A stretch of DNA of 64,000 bases, taken from assembly GCF_001194135.2 (NCBI RefSeq), contig NC_068991.1:39465602-39529601 (forward strand), written 5' to 3'. Below are positions 39,701-53,482 of this stretch, in pieces (position 1 is the first letter of the stretch; the number at the start of each line of letters is the position of its first letter). The position numbers and the translations under genes are program-made. The notes under the pieces were generated by a model. The model was not told where the DNA came from and made no database searches. It worked only from the letters and a program-made list of their open reading frames with translations. Origin of the DNA: Octopus bimaculoides (Eukaryota).

Positions 39701-42700
39701 CAGAAATTCTGTCACCCAGAATCATCATTATTGTCGTCATCGTCATCATCATTTAATGTTTGTTTTCCATGCTGGCATGGGTTGGACAGTTTGACAGGAG
39801 CCAGAGGACTGCTTTGACATGGTTTCCATGCTCTTCCTAATGCCAACCATTTTATAGAGTGTACTGAGTGCTTTTTTATATTGTATTGACACAAATAAGG
39901 TTACCAAATAACTCACAAGACAAGACCCCTCAACTGAGGGTGGGGGGGGCGTAGTATTGAGGGAGGTTTTATGTCAGGATAGAATTAGTTGTCTTGAATG
40001 TCTCTTTGAAAAGAGGATGACAAGACAAAAATTATGAAGTCAGAAGCTATTTGAAAACGATACCGTCATCATCATCATCATCATCGTTGTTGTTTAGCAT
40101 GTGTTTTCCCTGCAGCTGGCCAGTTGGAAAGTTGTCCAGACTCTAATCATCTGTTTTAGTTTGGTTACAATGGCTGGATGCCCTTCCTAAAGCCAACCAC
40201 TTTACTGAGTGTGCTGGGTGGTTTATATGTGGCACCAGCATGAGTGCATTTCACATGGCACCAACATGAGTGCATCTTAGGTGGCACTGGTATAAATGCA
40301 TTTTACGTGACACCGGCACAAGTGCATTTTATGTGGCACCAGCATGAGTGTATTTTACATGACACCATTACAAGCACATAGCATGTGGTACTGGCACGAG
40401 TGCATGTTATGTGACACCAGCACAAGTGCATTGTACATGGCACTGGCACAAGTGTATACCATGTAACACTGGCATGAGTGCATGTGACGTGGCACCAAAC
40501 CTTCACATAAATTATGTTGGGACTAAGCAATCATCAAAAAATAGTGTTAAGAGTGTAAAATAGCTGAAAGACAGACTTCAAGAAAAAATTATATATGTTA
40601 AATGGCAATACATTAAAAATAGCACAGATTTCCTCTAACAATATATCTTCAGATTCAACTTATTAAGCAGTCTGACAAAGCAAGTATACTTTATGATGGC
40701 TTATGATTTTCCTTTCAAGAGGGGTGGGGTGGGGGGAGAAAAAAAAGAAGGAATGAAGCCATTTTAAAGCTATATCCCAGACACCAATATTTCTGCAAGA
40801 TTATGGTGGACAGCTTGAAAAGTAACTAAAAAATTAATCAATAAAACAATTACTGGATGTTTTTGTTAATAATAACCATTAAGTGGTTCATGAATTTTAA
40901 TTAGAGCTGTAACGCTTCTTACAAAATTGTTTATCAACATGGAAATCATTAACTGTTATGTTAATTAACATGGGATAATTAACAGTTTTGTTTATTTATC
41001 AATGATAAAACTACAAACTCAGTTAATTTACATTTTTTTCTATTGGTTATGTCTGTAGATATGACTAATGAAAAATAGAAATAAGACTGTCATTTAGAAA
41101 CATATTGTAGTGAGAAGCTCACACACATACACACAAATGCGCACACATAAACGCACATACATGCATGTATGCACACATGCCAGAGTCAATTTTGATACTC
41201 AAGTTACACATGATAGAAAATAACCATTTCCTAGATGCTTTATCTAGGATTAAAGAGACATATATTGAAACTGGAATTCCTTGGACTGTCTATGCTCAAT
41301 AAGAAGGAGAACAATAGGAAAATAAGGAGAGGAAAAAGAATGTGAGATCATAGTAGTAGTAGTAGTGATGGCAAGAAAAGTAGCAGTAGTATTAATATTA
41401 GTAGTGATGAAGACAGTGATCTGGCAGAATCGTTAGCATGCTGGGGGAAAAATGCTAAGCAGCATTTTGTTCGTCTCTATGTTCTGAGTTCAAATTCTGC
41501 CAAGGTTGACTTTGCCTTTTATCCTTTCAGGGTCGATAAAATAAGTACTAGTTGAGTTCTGTGTTTGATTTAACCAGCTTAGTCTCTTCCCCAAAACTAC
41601 TGGCCTTGTCCCAAAATTTGACACATAAAAAGCACCATTCGTGCATTGGGACTCATGGAGGAAATGTGGCCAATGCTAGTGTCATGTGACTGGCACCTGT
41701 GATGGTGGCATGTAAAAAGCATGGAGGCAATGTGGCTGATGTTGGTGGCATGTAAAAGCACCCATTACACTTTTGGAATGGTTGGTGTTAAGAAGGGCAT
41801 CCTGCTGTAGAAGCCAAACCAAATCAGATTGAGTCTGATGCAGCCCCTCAGCTTACCACCCCTGGTCAAACCATCCAACCCATGCCAGCATGGACAACGG
41901 ACGTTAAATGATGATGAATATTAAAAGTGATGGCAGTCTCAGTAATAGTAGCAGCACTAGTTAGAACTGGCATTAGAATAAATCTCAAGGGTTTAATATC
42001 ATTATTTAAAGAACGATTTGTAACAGAGTAAGAGCTGTTTATTTCAAACTGGTTTGGCTCAACACTTTCATTTACTTTACATTAATTTTTCCTACTAGCA
42101 TGGGTTAGAGGAATACATTATTGAGATATAGTATTACAACTGGATGTCTGTCTTGTCACTGACTGTTATCTGATTTTCTAGTTAAGAGATTTTTTTTTTT
42201 ATTTCACCGGTTTGAAGGCATGAAGTGAGCAGACAATTTATTTACAGGTGGAGTGACAACAACAACAACACTGTCCATAGCTAATAACTTTTGTAAAGTG
42301 CAGATATAAACACAAACACACATGTATGCACATGTGCACACACATACAAATATGACAGGTTTCTTTCAGTTTCCATCTTCCAAATTCCCTCACAAGGCCT
42401 GAGGGTATTGTAGAAGGCTCTTGATCATGGTACTGCACAGTGTGAGTGATCCTTGTGTCAATACTAATTTTAAGAAATGAATCTTAGTTCAAATGTTAGA
42501 ACCATAATTTTAGAGTGATCAGAATCAAAGTAAACATGCTGATTTCTATAAATATTCATTAGTTAAAGACAGCAGAGAAATTTTTGTGATGAATCTATAT
42601 TTGTTGGTTACATGCTGGACTAAATGTTATGCAGCATTGAGTTTATCTTTCAAAGTTATGAGCTCAAATACTGCAAGGGTCGGGTCAACTGTATGATAAA

Positions 42701-45700
42701 ATAAGTACCAGACATAAAATGATGAAGGTTGATTTTAGTTGATATTACTCGAGCTGGGAGAATTATTAAAGGCTTCGCAATATTTCTTCTGCTACTTTAT
42801 GTTCCAAGTTCAAATTGCATCACGGTCAACTTTACCTTTCACTCTAAGGTGTTTGACTTCAGTATTATTTTTTATCGCATGTGTATCATGAGTTTATCAT
42901 GTGTGCAGAACCCAATTTCAACCAACTATTTATATGATAATTTCTAGACAGTTCTTTCAGTGATAGTGTTATAAACAGCTATTTTTGGCATGATTAGCCA
43001 GAGAGAATTTGGACTTCACTCATTATGGTGCCCTGGTTAGATTCTTTCTCAAAGCTGTTTTCACAGCTTCGTACAACTTTCATTTACAGCCTCCTCCTAC
43101 ATGTATCTGTCACTGACACACTAACAATCCAAATACCATTGACCCCTTTTTTACTCTAAACCTAGGCTATTTTTATCTTTGCATTCAAGTTCTGTGAACT
43201 GGCAGAACTATTAAAGTATTTTTTTTCAACTCTTTACTTTCTGGATAAAAATCCTGCTGGGATCAACTCTGCTTTTCATCCCTCCAATGTTGATAAATTA
43301 AAGTACCAGTCAAGTACTAGAGTTGATGGTATCAACTAATGCACCCTGCCTCCAAAATGCTTGCCTTGTGCATCTGTATCATCAGCATCAATGTGGGTGG
43401 ATTTTCCTAATAGTTATTTTCACAGTTCCATAACAACTCAGAGATGAGGAAGAATCATTGCCATACATTTTTGCCTCACTATGAAGATTTGTTTAACCAT
43501 TAATTATCTGTAATGATTTTCAACACCTGTGAATATGATGTGCATATAATTTGGTACCGTCTGTATTTCAGACCTTGTATAAAATGTAGCAATAAATGTT
43601 GTATATACACTGACATCAAATCTTGTCATAACTCATGCTACAACCTCATTGGGAGTCTATAAACTAAAGTAACCAGTCATTTACTGGATCGATGTAATTA
43701 ATCAATCCCCTCCCCTCACTATTGCAGGCTTTGAGTCTAAATCAGAAACCACTATTAGGGAAGAGAAACAGAGACACAGAGACCAGTGGCCAGGGAAGAT
43801 ATGATATCTGGTCTTATATTCAAACCTGTACCACTGAGTTCAATTTCTACCAAAGTCAGCTTTGCTTTTCATCTTTCCATAAAAGTACAACTATACAAAC
43901 TTTCAAAAAATGTGACAAAAGAAATAATTGGTTTTATACTTTACCGAGAAACATTGCATTTATGGTGAGATCTCTTTTGTTAGCATCTTGCTGCCAATAT
44001 GAATTAAGTTCTTGTGTAGCAGCTCCCTTGACAATTGCTGAATCTGTTCGAAGTGTAGAAATTTCAAAGTTTTCCTATAAACCATGAAATATAAATTGTT
44101 ATAAATGTTATTGATTTGTTTATTCTCACTGACATTTAAATCTAATATTTACATGCACATATGTAAATGCATCCATACACATGATATATCTGTACATATA
44201 TCAATAAATATGGCTACATGTGATAGGGATAGAAAACAAAACAATAGCTGGGGTTTTTTTTTCAACTCTATAAGCTCACAGATCCAACTAGGGAAGAATA
44301 AATGTAATAAACATTAATTATTTAGCATTGAAATATGGCTAATAATCTATATCTATAAACATCAATGTCTGTTTGTCTTGAAACAACATCATCATTTCCC
44401 AACAAATCTTTATCAAATTTTGCAGGGAGATCCATATGCAATCCAGAATTATGTATGAACAAAGCATCCCAAGTTTGAGGTCCCCTTAGGGCAAAATAGG
44501 GATAAATCAAGAAAAGTGAAAATTGTAGAGATACTGCAAACTGTAATAGAGTAGGAGTGATAGTGCAAAGCAGAGAAATGCCAGTTTGTCACATCAAAAT
44601 GTGGTTTTTCTTTCTCTAATTGGTCTTTCAATAATCTCCCACATTGTCTCACACACACACTTATACACAAACACATATGGAAAGCTGTTGTCATCAAATT
44701 TTCATGTTCAAAAGTAATATCTTTGTAAAGTTAATACATGGTCTCAAATACCATGGGAGCAGAAAGTAATTTATTCTTTCATTGTCTCTCACTAAATTTG
44801 TTTCTGTTTCTAAAATATTCAGGATTCATATTCTACAAACCAAACTGTTAACTTATTTAATGTTTGAATATTTTACAAGCCTAATGGCTTAAACATGAAA
44901 CAGGAAACATATTTTCTATCTGTCATGGAATTTGGAACCACAAACTAACTTTCTGAAAATGTGATTTCTTTTAAAGAGGAATTCTTCATAATGAATGTGT
45001 TCCAATATATAGTCTTTATAAGGCTGCAAGCTAGTAGAATGGTTAGCATGTCAGGCTAAATGCTTAGTGGCATGTTCTGAGTTTAAATTCCGTCATGGTT
45101 GACTTTATCTTTCATCCTTTCAGGGTTGATGAAATAAGTACCAGTTGGGTACTTGGGTCAATGTAATCAACTTACCCCTCCCTCTAAATTGCTGGCCTTT
45201 ACCAAAATTTGAAATCATTATTTACATTCTTTGTATATTTTGTGTGAAATATAATTAGCTCATGGTATTGTTACACATACTGATGGAATATTTGATACTT
45301 GTGCTAAAAATACCATGGTCCACTCTCATTCTAGGACCTCAAAACAGTTGTTTGATATACCTGTGTAACAAACCATAAAGCTTGCCAGAGACAATGCAAA
45401 CTGGAACAGTGTCTTGAGAAAAACAGTAGTTTTGTGTAGCTTGAAAGCAAGATGAAAGTTCCTTTGTTATCATTTTTATGCCTGTTCATCATCCAATTTT
45501 CAGCAACTTTGGCAAAATCATCAGTACAACATGATAAAAAAACATACTTTGTCAAGCACAAGAGTTAAAAAAAACCCATCTAGATTTAACCTCACTCATA
45601 TACAGCCAAGCATAGATTTTCATTGAAAATACCCTACATTCTATGGCAGGTAAGGATTTTGATCAGGGTAAACCATCACCTCCAGAAGCACTGCAGTCAC

Positions 45701-48700
45701 AAATCAGTTAAGAGTTTCCTCAGGTAACCAGCTATAACAATCAACAACTGGAATAGCAGGTCTACTAAAATGAATTACTCTTGGTTTGATACATAAAAAG
45801 CAATTAGTGACATCTGGTATGGGAGAAATTATTTTCCTTGATACTTATGATGGAACAGGTAAAACCTTTGATCAATCAAATTTTAATAAAATTTCATTCA
45901 CTCAAGTAGATTGCTATTGTTGTATTGCAGTGGCCTCATTTGAAATTGCTGCAACTTTACTCACAGGGACAGGACTGCTTGTTCTGCTTTGAAACTGCCA
46001 CTCAACATTGCACACAATAACAGTCTTGTATGCAATATTTACAAAGGATCAGGCAGCAAGCTGGCAGAATCATTAGCATACTAGGCAAAATGGTTTAGCA
46101 GCATTTTATCTGTCTTTACATTCTGAATAAAAATTCTGCCAAGGTCGATTTTGCTTTTCATCATTTCAGGGTCAGTAAAATAAGTACCAGTTGAGCATTG
46201 GGGGTTGATGTAATTGACTTACCCACTCCCCTGAAATTGCTGGCCCTGTGCCAAAATTTGTAATCAATATTTACAAAGGATCTGGACAAGCAGAGGTTGT
46301 GAAGTAAGCCAAACTGACAGTATGTGATGAGAGCATATTGTCTAAACGACTTGCACCTGAGGTTCTTGGTGGCACCTTAAAAGATCTCAGAGTTGACATG
46401 AACATCATGGGTGGAGTCACACAATCTTGTTCTCAGGCAATTTCAATCAAACACTGTCAGTCATCCCAAAAGTACACCTACAAATGAAACTGGGAGCACA
46501 CCTCAAAGAAATTTATGTTTGAAGACTAGAGAAAAGTTTGTCTTTCTACCAACATGAGAGTTGCACTTGATAGAAATGTCACACCAGCCAAATTTGCTCA
46601 AATTTCATTTCACTTGAGGTCGTGAAGAGGGAGGGGGATGATCAGCTACCATGTGGCACTGAGAGCAGAGATGTAAAAAAAAAGAAAAAAAAAGAAGAAA
46701 AAAAAGAAACAAAAGAATACAAAGCAAAAGAACAAACAAAAACTGAAGAACAATCAACAAATCTCAAGAAATACTACTGAAAGTTTATTGTATTTATGAT
46801 TCTCAAAGAATTATATAAACCATGAGAGGCTTTCTGAATGTGCAATCCCCAAAATAACTACCATATGAGTTAAATCATTTCAATTTGACAAAAATGTTTC
46901 TATTTATTTGGTACCTGTGTAATGCTGGGTATCTCTGACGGTAAATATACCTGAGGAAATATGAATAGATTAATAGTAGATAAGAAATGATATCTAGACA
47001 TACTCTATAGGACAAAAGGCTAATTGCATAGGTAACATATAAGGAGGTTGTCTATCATGGTATATAATCCCATGACTTCCTCTTCGAAGGTAATAATTGG
47101 TGCCCAGTGGAGACAGAATTCCAAAGGGTCTGCCTTTCACCATTGATTTACTATTAGTTTATATGGACTGACATAGTTTAAAAGATAGTGCCAACCCATG
47201 AGACAAAATTTTCTTTCCCCAGTCACCCACTAAAACACAGGAAAGGGGCCAATCTGATACATCAACACATATGCACATCAATCCAAACTTGAACCATCAT
47301 CTCCAATTAACATACATGTAAACCACAAAATTTAATCTTCTCTGAGACACACATTTCTCAATTCCTATCCCTAACCTATCCCTACTCTCCAGCCTACACA
47401 TTTATAATCCAACTTAACTCAAGAATATGTTTGCAAGACATCCAGTAACTCTGACTGAAAACCTTTTTTGCACATCTTTTGGCCGTATTTGGCTCATGAG
47501 TTTGATTCCTGCCAGTGCATTATGTCCTTGAGCAAGACACTTTATTTCACATTGCTTCAGTCCACTCAGTTGGCAAAAATGAGTAGTACCTGTATTTCAA
47601 AGAGCCATCCTTATCACATTCTGTGTTATGCTGAATATCTCCCTGAGAGCTATGTTAAAGGTATGTATGTCAGTGGAGTGCTCAGTTACTTGCACATTAA
47701 TTTCACAAGCAGTCTGCTTTGTCGATCAGATCAACTGAAACCCTCATCCTCATAACTGATGGAGTGCAAGTTTGCTTTTTTTCTGCTCATCATGCACTGA
47801 GGACATCTATTTACTCTCTACTTTCTCTAAACTTATCATCCTCAATGACTTTAATACATAAAAGCCTTCTTTACTCTCACATACCACCCACACTGATGTG
47901 GATGGCACATGCTGAATTCTTTGCCATTTCCAAACTGCATCATTTACAACCTCCTCATATTTGTATCTGTCACTGATACACTGATAATCCAAATGTCAAT
48001 GATCCCTTTCTTACTCTAAACCCAGGCTATTTTTATCTTTGTATCCAAGTCCTGTGAGCTGGCAGACATCGTTAAAGTACTTTTTTAAAAACTCTTTACT
48101 TTCTGGATAAAAATCCTGCTGGGATCAACCTTGCGCTTCATCTCTCTGATGTTGATAAATTAAAGTACCAATCGAGTACTAGAGCCAATGGTATCAGCTA
48201 GTGCCCTACCTTCCAAAATGATAGCTTTGTGTTAAAACAATAATTATTTCTGCATTCATTGGATCAATCAATGCTCTTCCTACCACACAGCTTAACCTCA
48301 TTTCTCATATAATCTGCTACTTCAAGTCAACTTGTCCAAGCTCCTGTGATAACAACCCTCGGAAGGAAACAGCTTACTCACCGATTCTTTTGAAGCAATG
48401 AAAAGAGTGAGAATCATTCCACTATCTTCAAACTGTAAGTTGTAAAAGTAACTCTTACTTTCATTCAACTCCTCTCTCTTTTTCTCTCTACAGCAATCTT
48501 TTTTAAGCATTGACTCAACAAAGTTGGCTACACCTGTCCAATTTTCTACACAATGGTACTGAACCCAAAACCATGAGGTTGGGGAAACAAACTTCTTAAC
48601 CACACAGCCATGCCTTCAACAGATAGACTGTCAAATTGTTTCTCTGTGCAGACTCCATCTGCCTCTCATATCTTGAATCACTAGTTTTCTGATATACTGC

Positions 48701-49925
48701 TGCCTTGTTGCAGCAAGTACAGTTGGAGCTCTCTCTGATACACACTCTATCAACCCTGGAGCCTTTATGTGGTGGCTTGACCAGCTGAAAATAACACTCA
48801 ACTGAAAACTGACACTTGACCAATTCTGTAACATGTATCTTTTACTTGTTTCAGTCATTAGACTGTGGTCATACTGGGGAACTGCTTTGAAGAATTTTTA
48901 GTTGAATGAATTGACTCCAGGACTTATTTTTTTAAAGCCAAGTACTTATTCTATTGGTCATTTTTACCAAACCACTAAGTTATGGGGACATAAACATACC
49001 AACACTGATTGTCAAGCAGTAGTGGGGGTCAAACACAAATACAAAGACACACACACATACACACTCATAATTGTCACTAATTGTGACTGAGGGTGCTGTT
49101 TATATTAATATATATTTAAATATATATATATATACAACAGGGTTCTTTCAACTTCCATTTCTGATATCCACTCACAATAGTAGAAGACACTTGCTCAAGG
49201 TGCCATACAGTAGGACTGAACCCAGAATCATGTGATAGGGAAGCAAACTTCTTACCACATAGCCATGCCTGCACCTATATGTTAAACAATCAATCAGAGA
49301 TTGCCAGTCCTGTGATATAAGATAAAATGAAGAAAGAATTAGAAGAAAATAGATTTTTTCTCCAGGTCTCATGAAGAATCATTATTGAGAATGGTGGTGG
49401 GTGGGGTAGAAGGAAGGAAGGAGGTGAGTTGGTAAAGAAAATGAATAGATATCAATATTAGAAATATAGAACTGATTGGAGACTTATAAGTTGTAGGATG
49501 CCCAGCAGCTAAGTGACAAATTAGCTGCCTTAACCTAATGGAGAAATAAGGAGTCAATTATTGGTCATTTTGTGGCCAAAGATATCCACTAATTGGTGAT
49601 TGATCAGGTCTATTGAGTTTGGGTATAAGGGAGAATTAGTGGGAAGGGGTTGCAATGCTGGCCCTTAAACCAAGATCTTCATTAAAGTGCAAATACTGAT
49701 GAATTAGTCTGCTAGGAATTTACTGCCTACTCAACACCATTTGTCTAGATTAGTGGTGCAAGCAAGGCAATGTGGTTCAGAAGTTCACTTCCCACCATGT
49801 GGTTTTGGGTTCAGTCCTACTGCATGGTACCTTAAACAAGTATCTTTCTTTGGCCTTAGGTTGATCAAATCCTTGTGAGTGAATATGTTAGTCAGAAACT
49901 GAAAGAAGCCCATTGTACATACAAA

Positions 49926-49978
<53 letters not shown>

Positions 49979-51555
49979 ATATGTGTATGTGTCTATTTGT
50001 TTACATCTGTGTGCTAGGACAGTTGCTGTGAGTGGTGCTGTATCATTTCTCCTGTCAATAACTTGTTTACTTGTTTCATGCCTCCATAGATGTATGGAAT
50101 AAAAAATCTCTTACTTGAAAATCAATTAAAAGTTAGTGATAGGAAAAGTATCCAGCTATAGTACAATGCTTCAATATCATCATCATCATCATCATCGTTT
50201 AATGTCCGCTTTCCATGCTAGCATGGGCTGGACGATTTGACTGAGGACTGGTGAAACCAGATGGCTACACCAGGCTCCAATCTGATTTGGCAGAGTTTCT
50301 ACAGCTGGATGCCCTTCCTAACGCCAATCACTCAGAGAGTGTAGTGGGTGCTTTTATGTGTCACCCGCACGAAGGCCAGTCAGGCGGCACTGGTAACGGC
50401 CACGCTCAAAATGGTGCATTCTATGTGCCACCTGCACAAGAGCTAGCCCAGGGGCACCGGCAACAATCTCGCTCGAAAAATTTCATGTGTCACTCGCACA
50501 AGAGCCAGCCCAGGGGCACCNNNNNNNNNNNNNNNNNNNNNNNNNNNNNNNNNNNNNNNNNNNNNNNNNNNNNNNNNNNNNNNNNNNNNNNNNNNNNNNN
50601 NNNNNNNNNNNNNNNNNNNNNNNNNNNNNNNNNNNNNNNNNNNNNNNNNNNNNNNNNNNNNNNNNNNNNNNNNNNNNNNNNNNNNNNNNNNNNNNNNNNN
50701 NNNNNNNNNNNNNNNNNNNNNNNNNNNNNNNNNNNNNNNNNNNNNNNNNNNNNNNNNNNNNNNNNNNNNNNNNNNNNNNNNNNNNNNNNNNNNNNNNNNN
50801 NNNNNNNNNNNNNNNNNNNNNNNNNNNNNNNNNNNNNNNNNNNNNNNNNNNNNNNNNNNNNNNNNNNNNNNNNNNNNNNNNNNNNNNNNNNNNNNNNNNN
50901 NNNNNNNNNNNNNNNNNNNNNNNNNNNNNNNNNNNNNNNNNNNNNNNNNNNNNNNNNNNNNNNNNNNNNNNNNNNNNNNNNNNNNNNNNNNNNNNNNNNN
51001 NNNNNNNNNNNGAGTTTAGTGTCCAATTTAACTCGATTTCGATTTCACTTGCCTCAACAGGTCTTCGCAAGTGGAGTTTAGTGTCCAATTTAACTCGATT
51101 TCGATTTCACTTGCCTCAACAGGTCTTCGCAAGTGGAGTTATATATAAATATATGTCTTTTATCTTTTACTTGTTTCAGTCATTTGACTGTGGCCATGCT
51201 GGGGCACTGCCTTGAAGGATTTTAGTTGAACAAGTCAACCCCAGGCCTTATTTTTTTAAAGCCTCATACTTATTCTATTGGGATTTTTTTTTGCCAAACT
51301 GTTAAGTTACAGGTGTGTAAAAACATCAACACTGGTTGTCAAACGGTGGTAGGGGGAAAACACACAGACACACACACACATATATGATGGACTTCTTTTC
51401 AGTTTGTGTGCCAAATCCACTCAAGGCTTTGGTTGGTCTGAAGCTTTAGTAGAAGACACATGCTCAAGATGCCATGCAGTGGGACTGAACTTGGAACCAT
51501 GTGGTTGAGAAGCAAGCTTCTTACCACACAGCCATGCGTGTGCCTATATGTACAG

Positions 51556-51599
<44 letters not shown>

Positions 51600-53446
51600 G
51601 TGAAACCATTGGTACGTAGGTAATCGTTTTATATATATATATATANNNNNNNNNNNNNNNNNNNNNNNNNNNNNNNNNNNNNNNNNNNNNNNNNNNNNNN
51701 NNNNNNNNNNNNNNNNNNNNNNNNNNNNNNNNNNNNNNNNNNNNNNNNNNNNNNNNNNNNNNNNNNNNNNNNNNNNNNNNNNNNNNNNNNNNNNNNNNNN
51801 NNNNNNNNNNNNNNNNNNNNNNNNNNNNNNNNNNNNNNNNNNNNNNNNNNNNNNNNNNNNNNNNNNNNNNNNNNNNNNNNNNNNNNNNNNNNNNNNNNNN
51901 NNNNNNNNNNNNNNNNNNNNNNNNNNNNNNNNNNNNNNNNNNNATTTTTATATGGTAAATTCTAAAAATTTTTGGGGGGATGTAAGTGTAAATATTCCAA
52001 GACGTGCTGGTTTATGGCTGAGACCTAAATTGCAGGTAACCTTTCAACTTTTCCTGAAATGAGATGCCAAAATGCAGCTGCAATGAATGCCATGAGTGGC
52101 AGTCACAAACAATTGTCATGAACACTGACATGCACGTGCATCTTGTGGAGGTTATGGGTATAAAAATCAACTTGAACCATGTTTCTGGCATTAATAATTT
52201 GGACACATCAGGTATGACCCGGTTGTCAGCAGTGCAGAGAGAACAAGCTATTGGCTGATTGCAAGCAGGACAGCATGCCCTGGTTGTTATGAAAGTTTAT
52301 AATGTCCTTGTCAGCACCATCTATTGCCTGGAACAGCGATACAACAACACCAGCAGGACTGCAGACTGTGCCTGCAGAGGGCACCCTTGGGTGACCACGC
52401 CCAGGCAGGACTGCTTCATCCACCTGCTGTGATCACTTCAGTCTGGCCAGCATGACAGCTCGTGAGACCATTGACACTGGACAGCGACCCATCAGTGATG
52501 ACACAGTATGATGTCAACTGGTTGCCAACAACCTGCGTTGCTGTCGTCCTGCTCAAGGGCCTGTCCTCATCACCCACCACCACCAGGCATGACTACAGTG
52601 GGCTACACAGCACCGACATTGGTGGCATCAACAATGAAGGTCGATAGTTTTCTTTGATAAGAGCCGGTGCTGCGTTTCCACCTCAGATGGCAGAGTGAGG
52701 GTGTGGCGTAGGTAGGGTGAATGCTAGAGATGCATGTGTCATGGAGAAAGATGCATGGGGTGGCCAAAGCATCATGGTTTGGGGTGCTATAGGCCTGAAT
52801 CAGAGAATTGGGCCCCATGTGTTCCAAAATGTTGGTGCAGGCAGAGGGAATGGCATTACAGTGCAGCACTATGTTGACCAGATCCTAAGACCTCACATCG
52901 TGCCCTTCTTTGTGCATCACCATAGCTATGTGTTTCAGCAGGACAATGCTCCCTCCCACATGGCCAGGGTGACCATGGACTTCCTGCATCAGCACAACAT
53001 CAGAACCATGCTGTGGCCAGCTCTCAGCCTGGATTTGAACCCAATTGAATACCTGTGGGATAAAATCCAGAGACAGCTGAACCAGGTGGTCCCAAGGCCA
53101 ACAACTCATGTTATTAACTGGAGGTAGCTTTCCTCAGGATGTGAGCACAGGTGCCAATGGCTTTTGTGAACTGCCTCATGCTCTCCATGTACCGATGGTA
53201 TATAGCTGCTTTGAACACCCAGGGTGGGCATATACTGCATTGAACATGTTACGCCCTACAATCTTGATGTACTGGATCCACCCACTACCAGAACACATGA
53301 CAACAACCCATAGACTTTGGTCAAAGTGCATCCAAGAAATCAACTTTATCAGACTTATCAAAATTTATCTCTGACAATGAAATTAAAACATATTTCACAG
53401 TGACACGTCTTGCGTTTCTTTCACAGTTCAGTGTGTATATATGCAT

Positions 53447-53482
<36 letters not shown>

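Noticed and set aside
40231-40500. Regular repeat array resembling a CRISPR
   Set aside because: Contiguous units without unique spacers, eukaryotic context, and no cas genes.
50251-51215. Longest ORFs in the track (178-276 aa)
   Set aside because: Artefacts of reading through N gaps.
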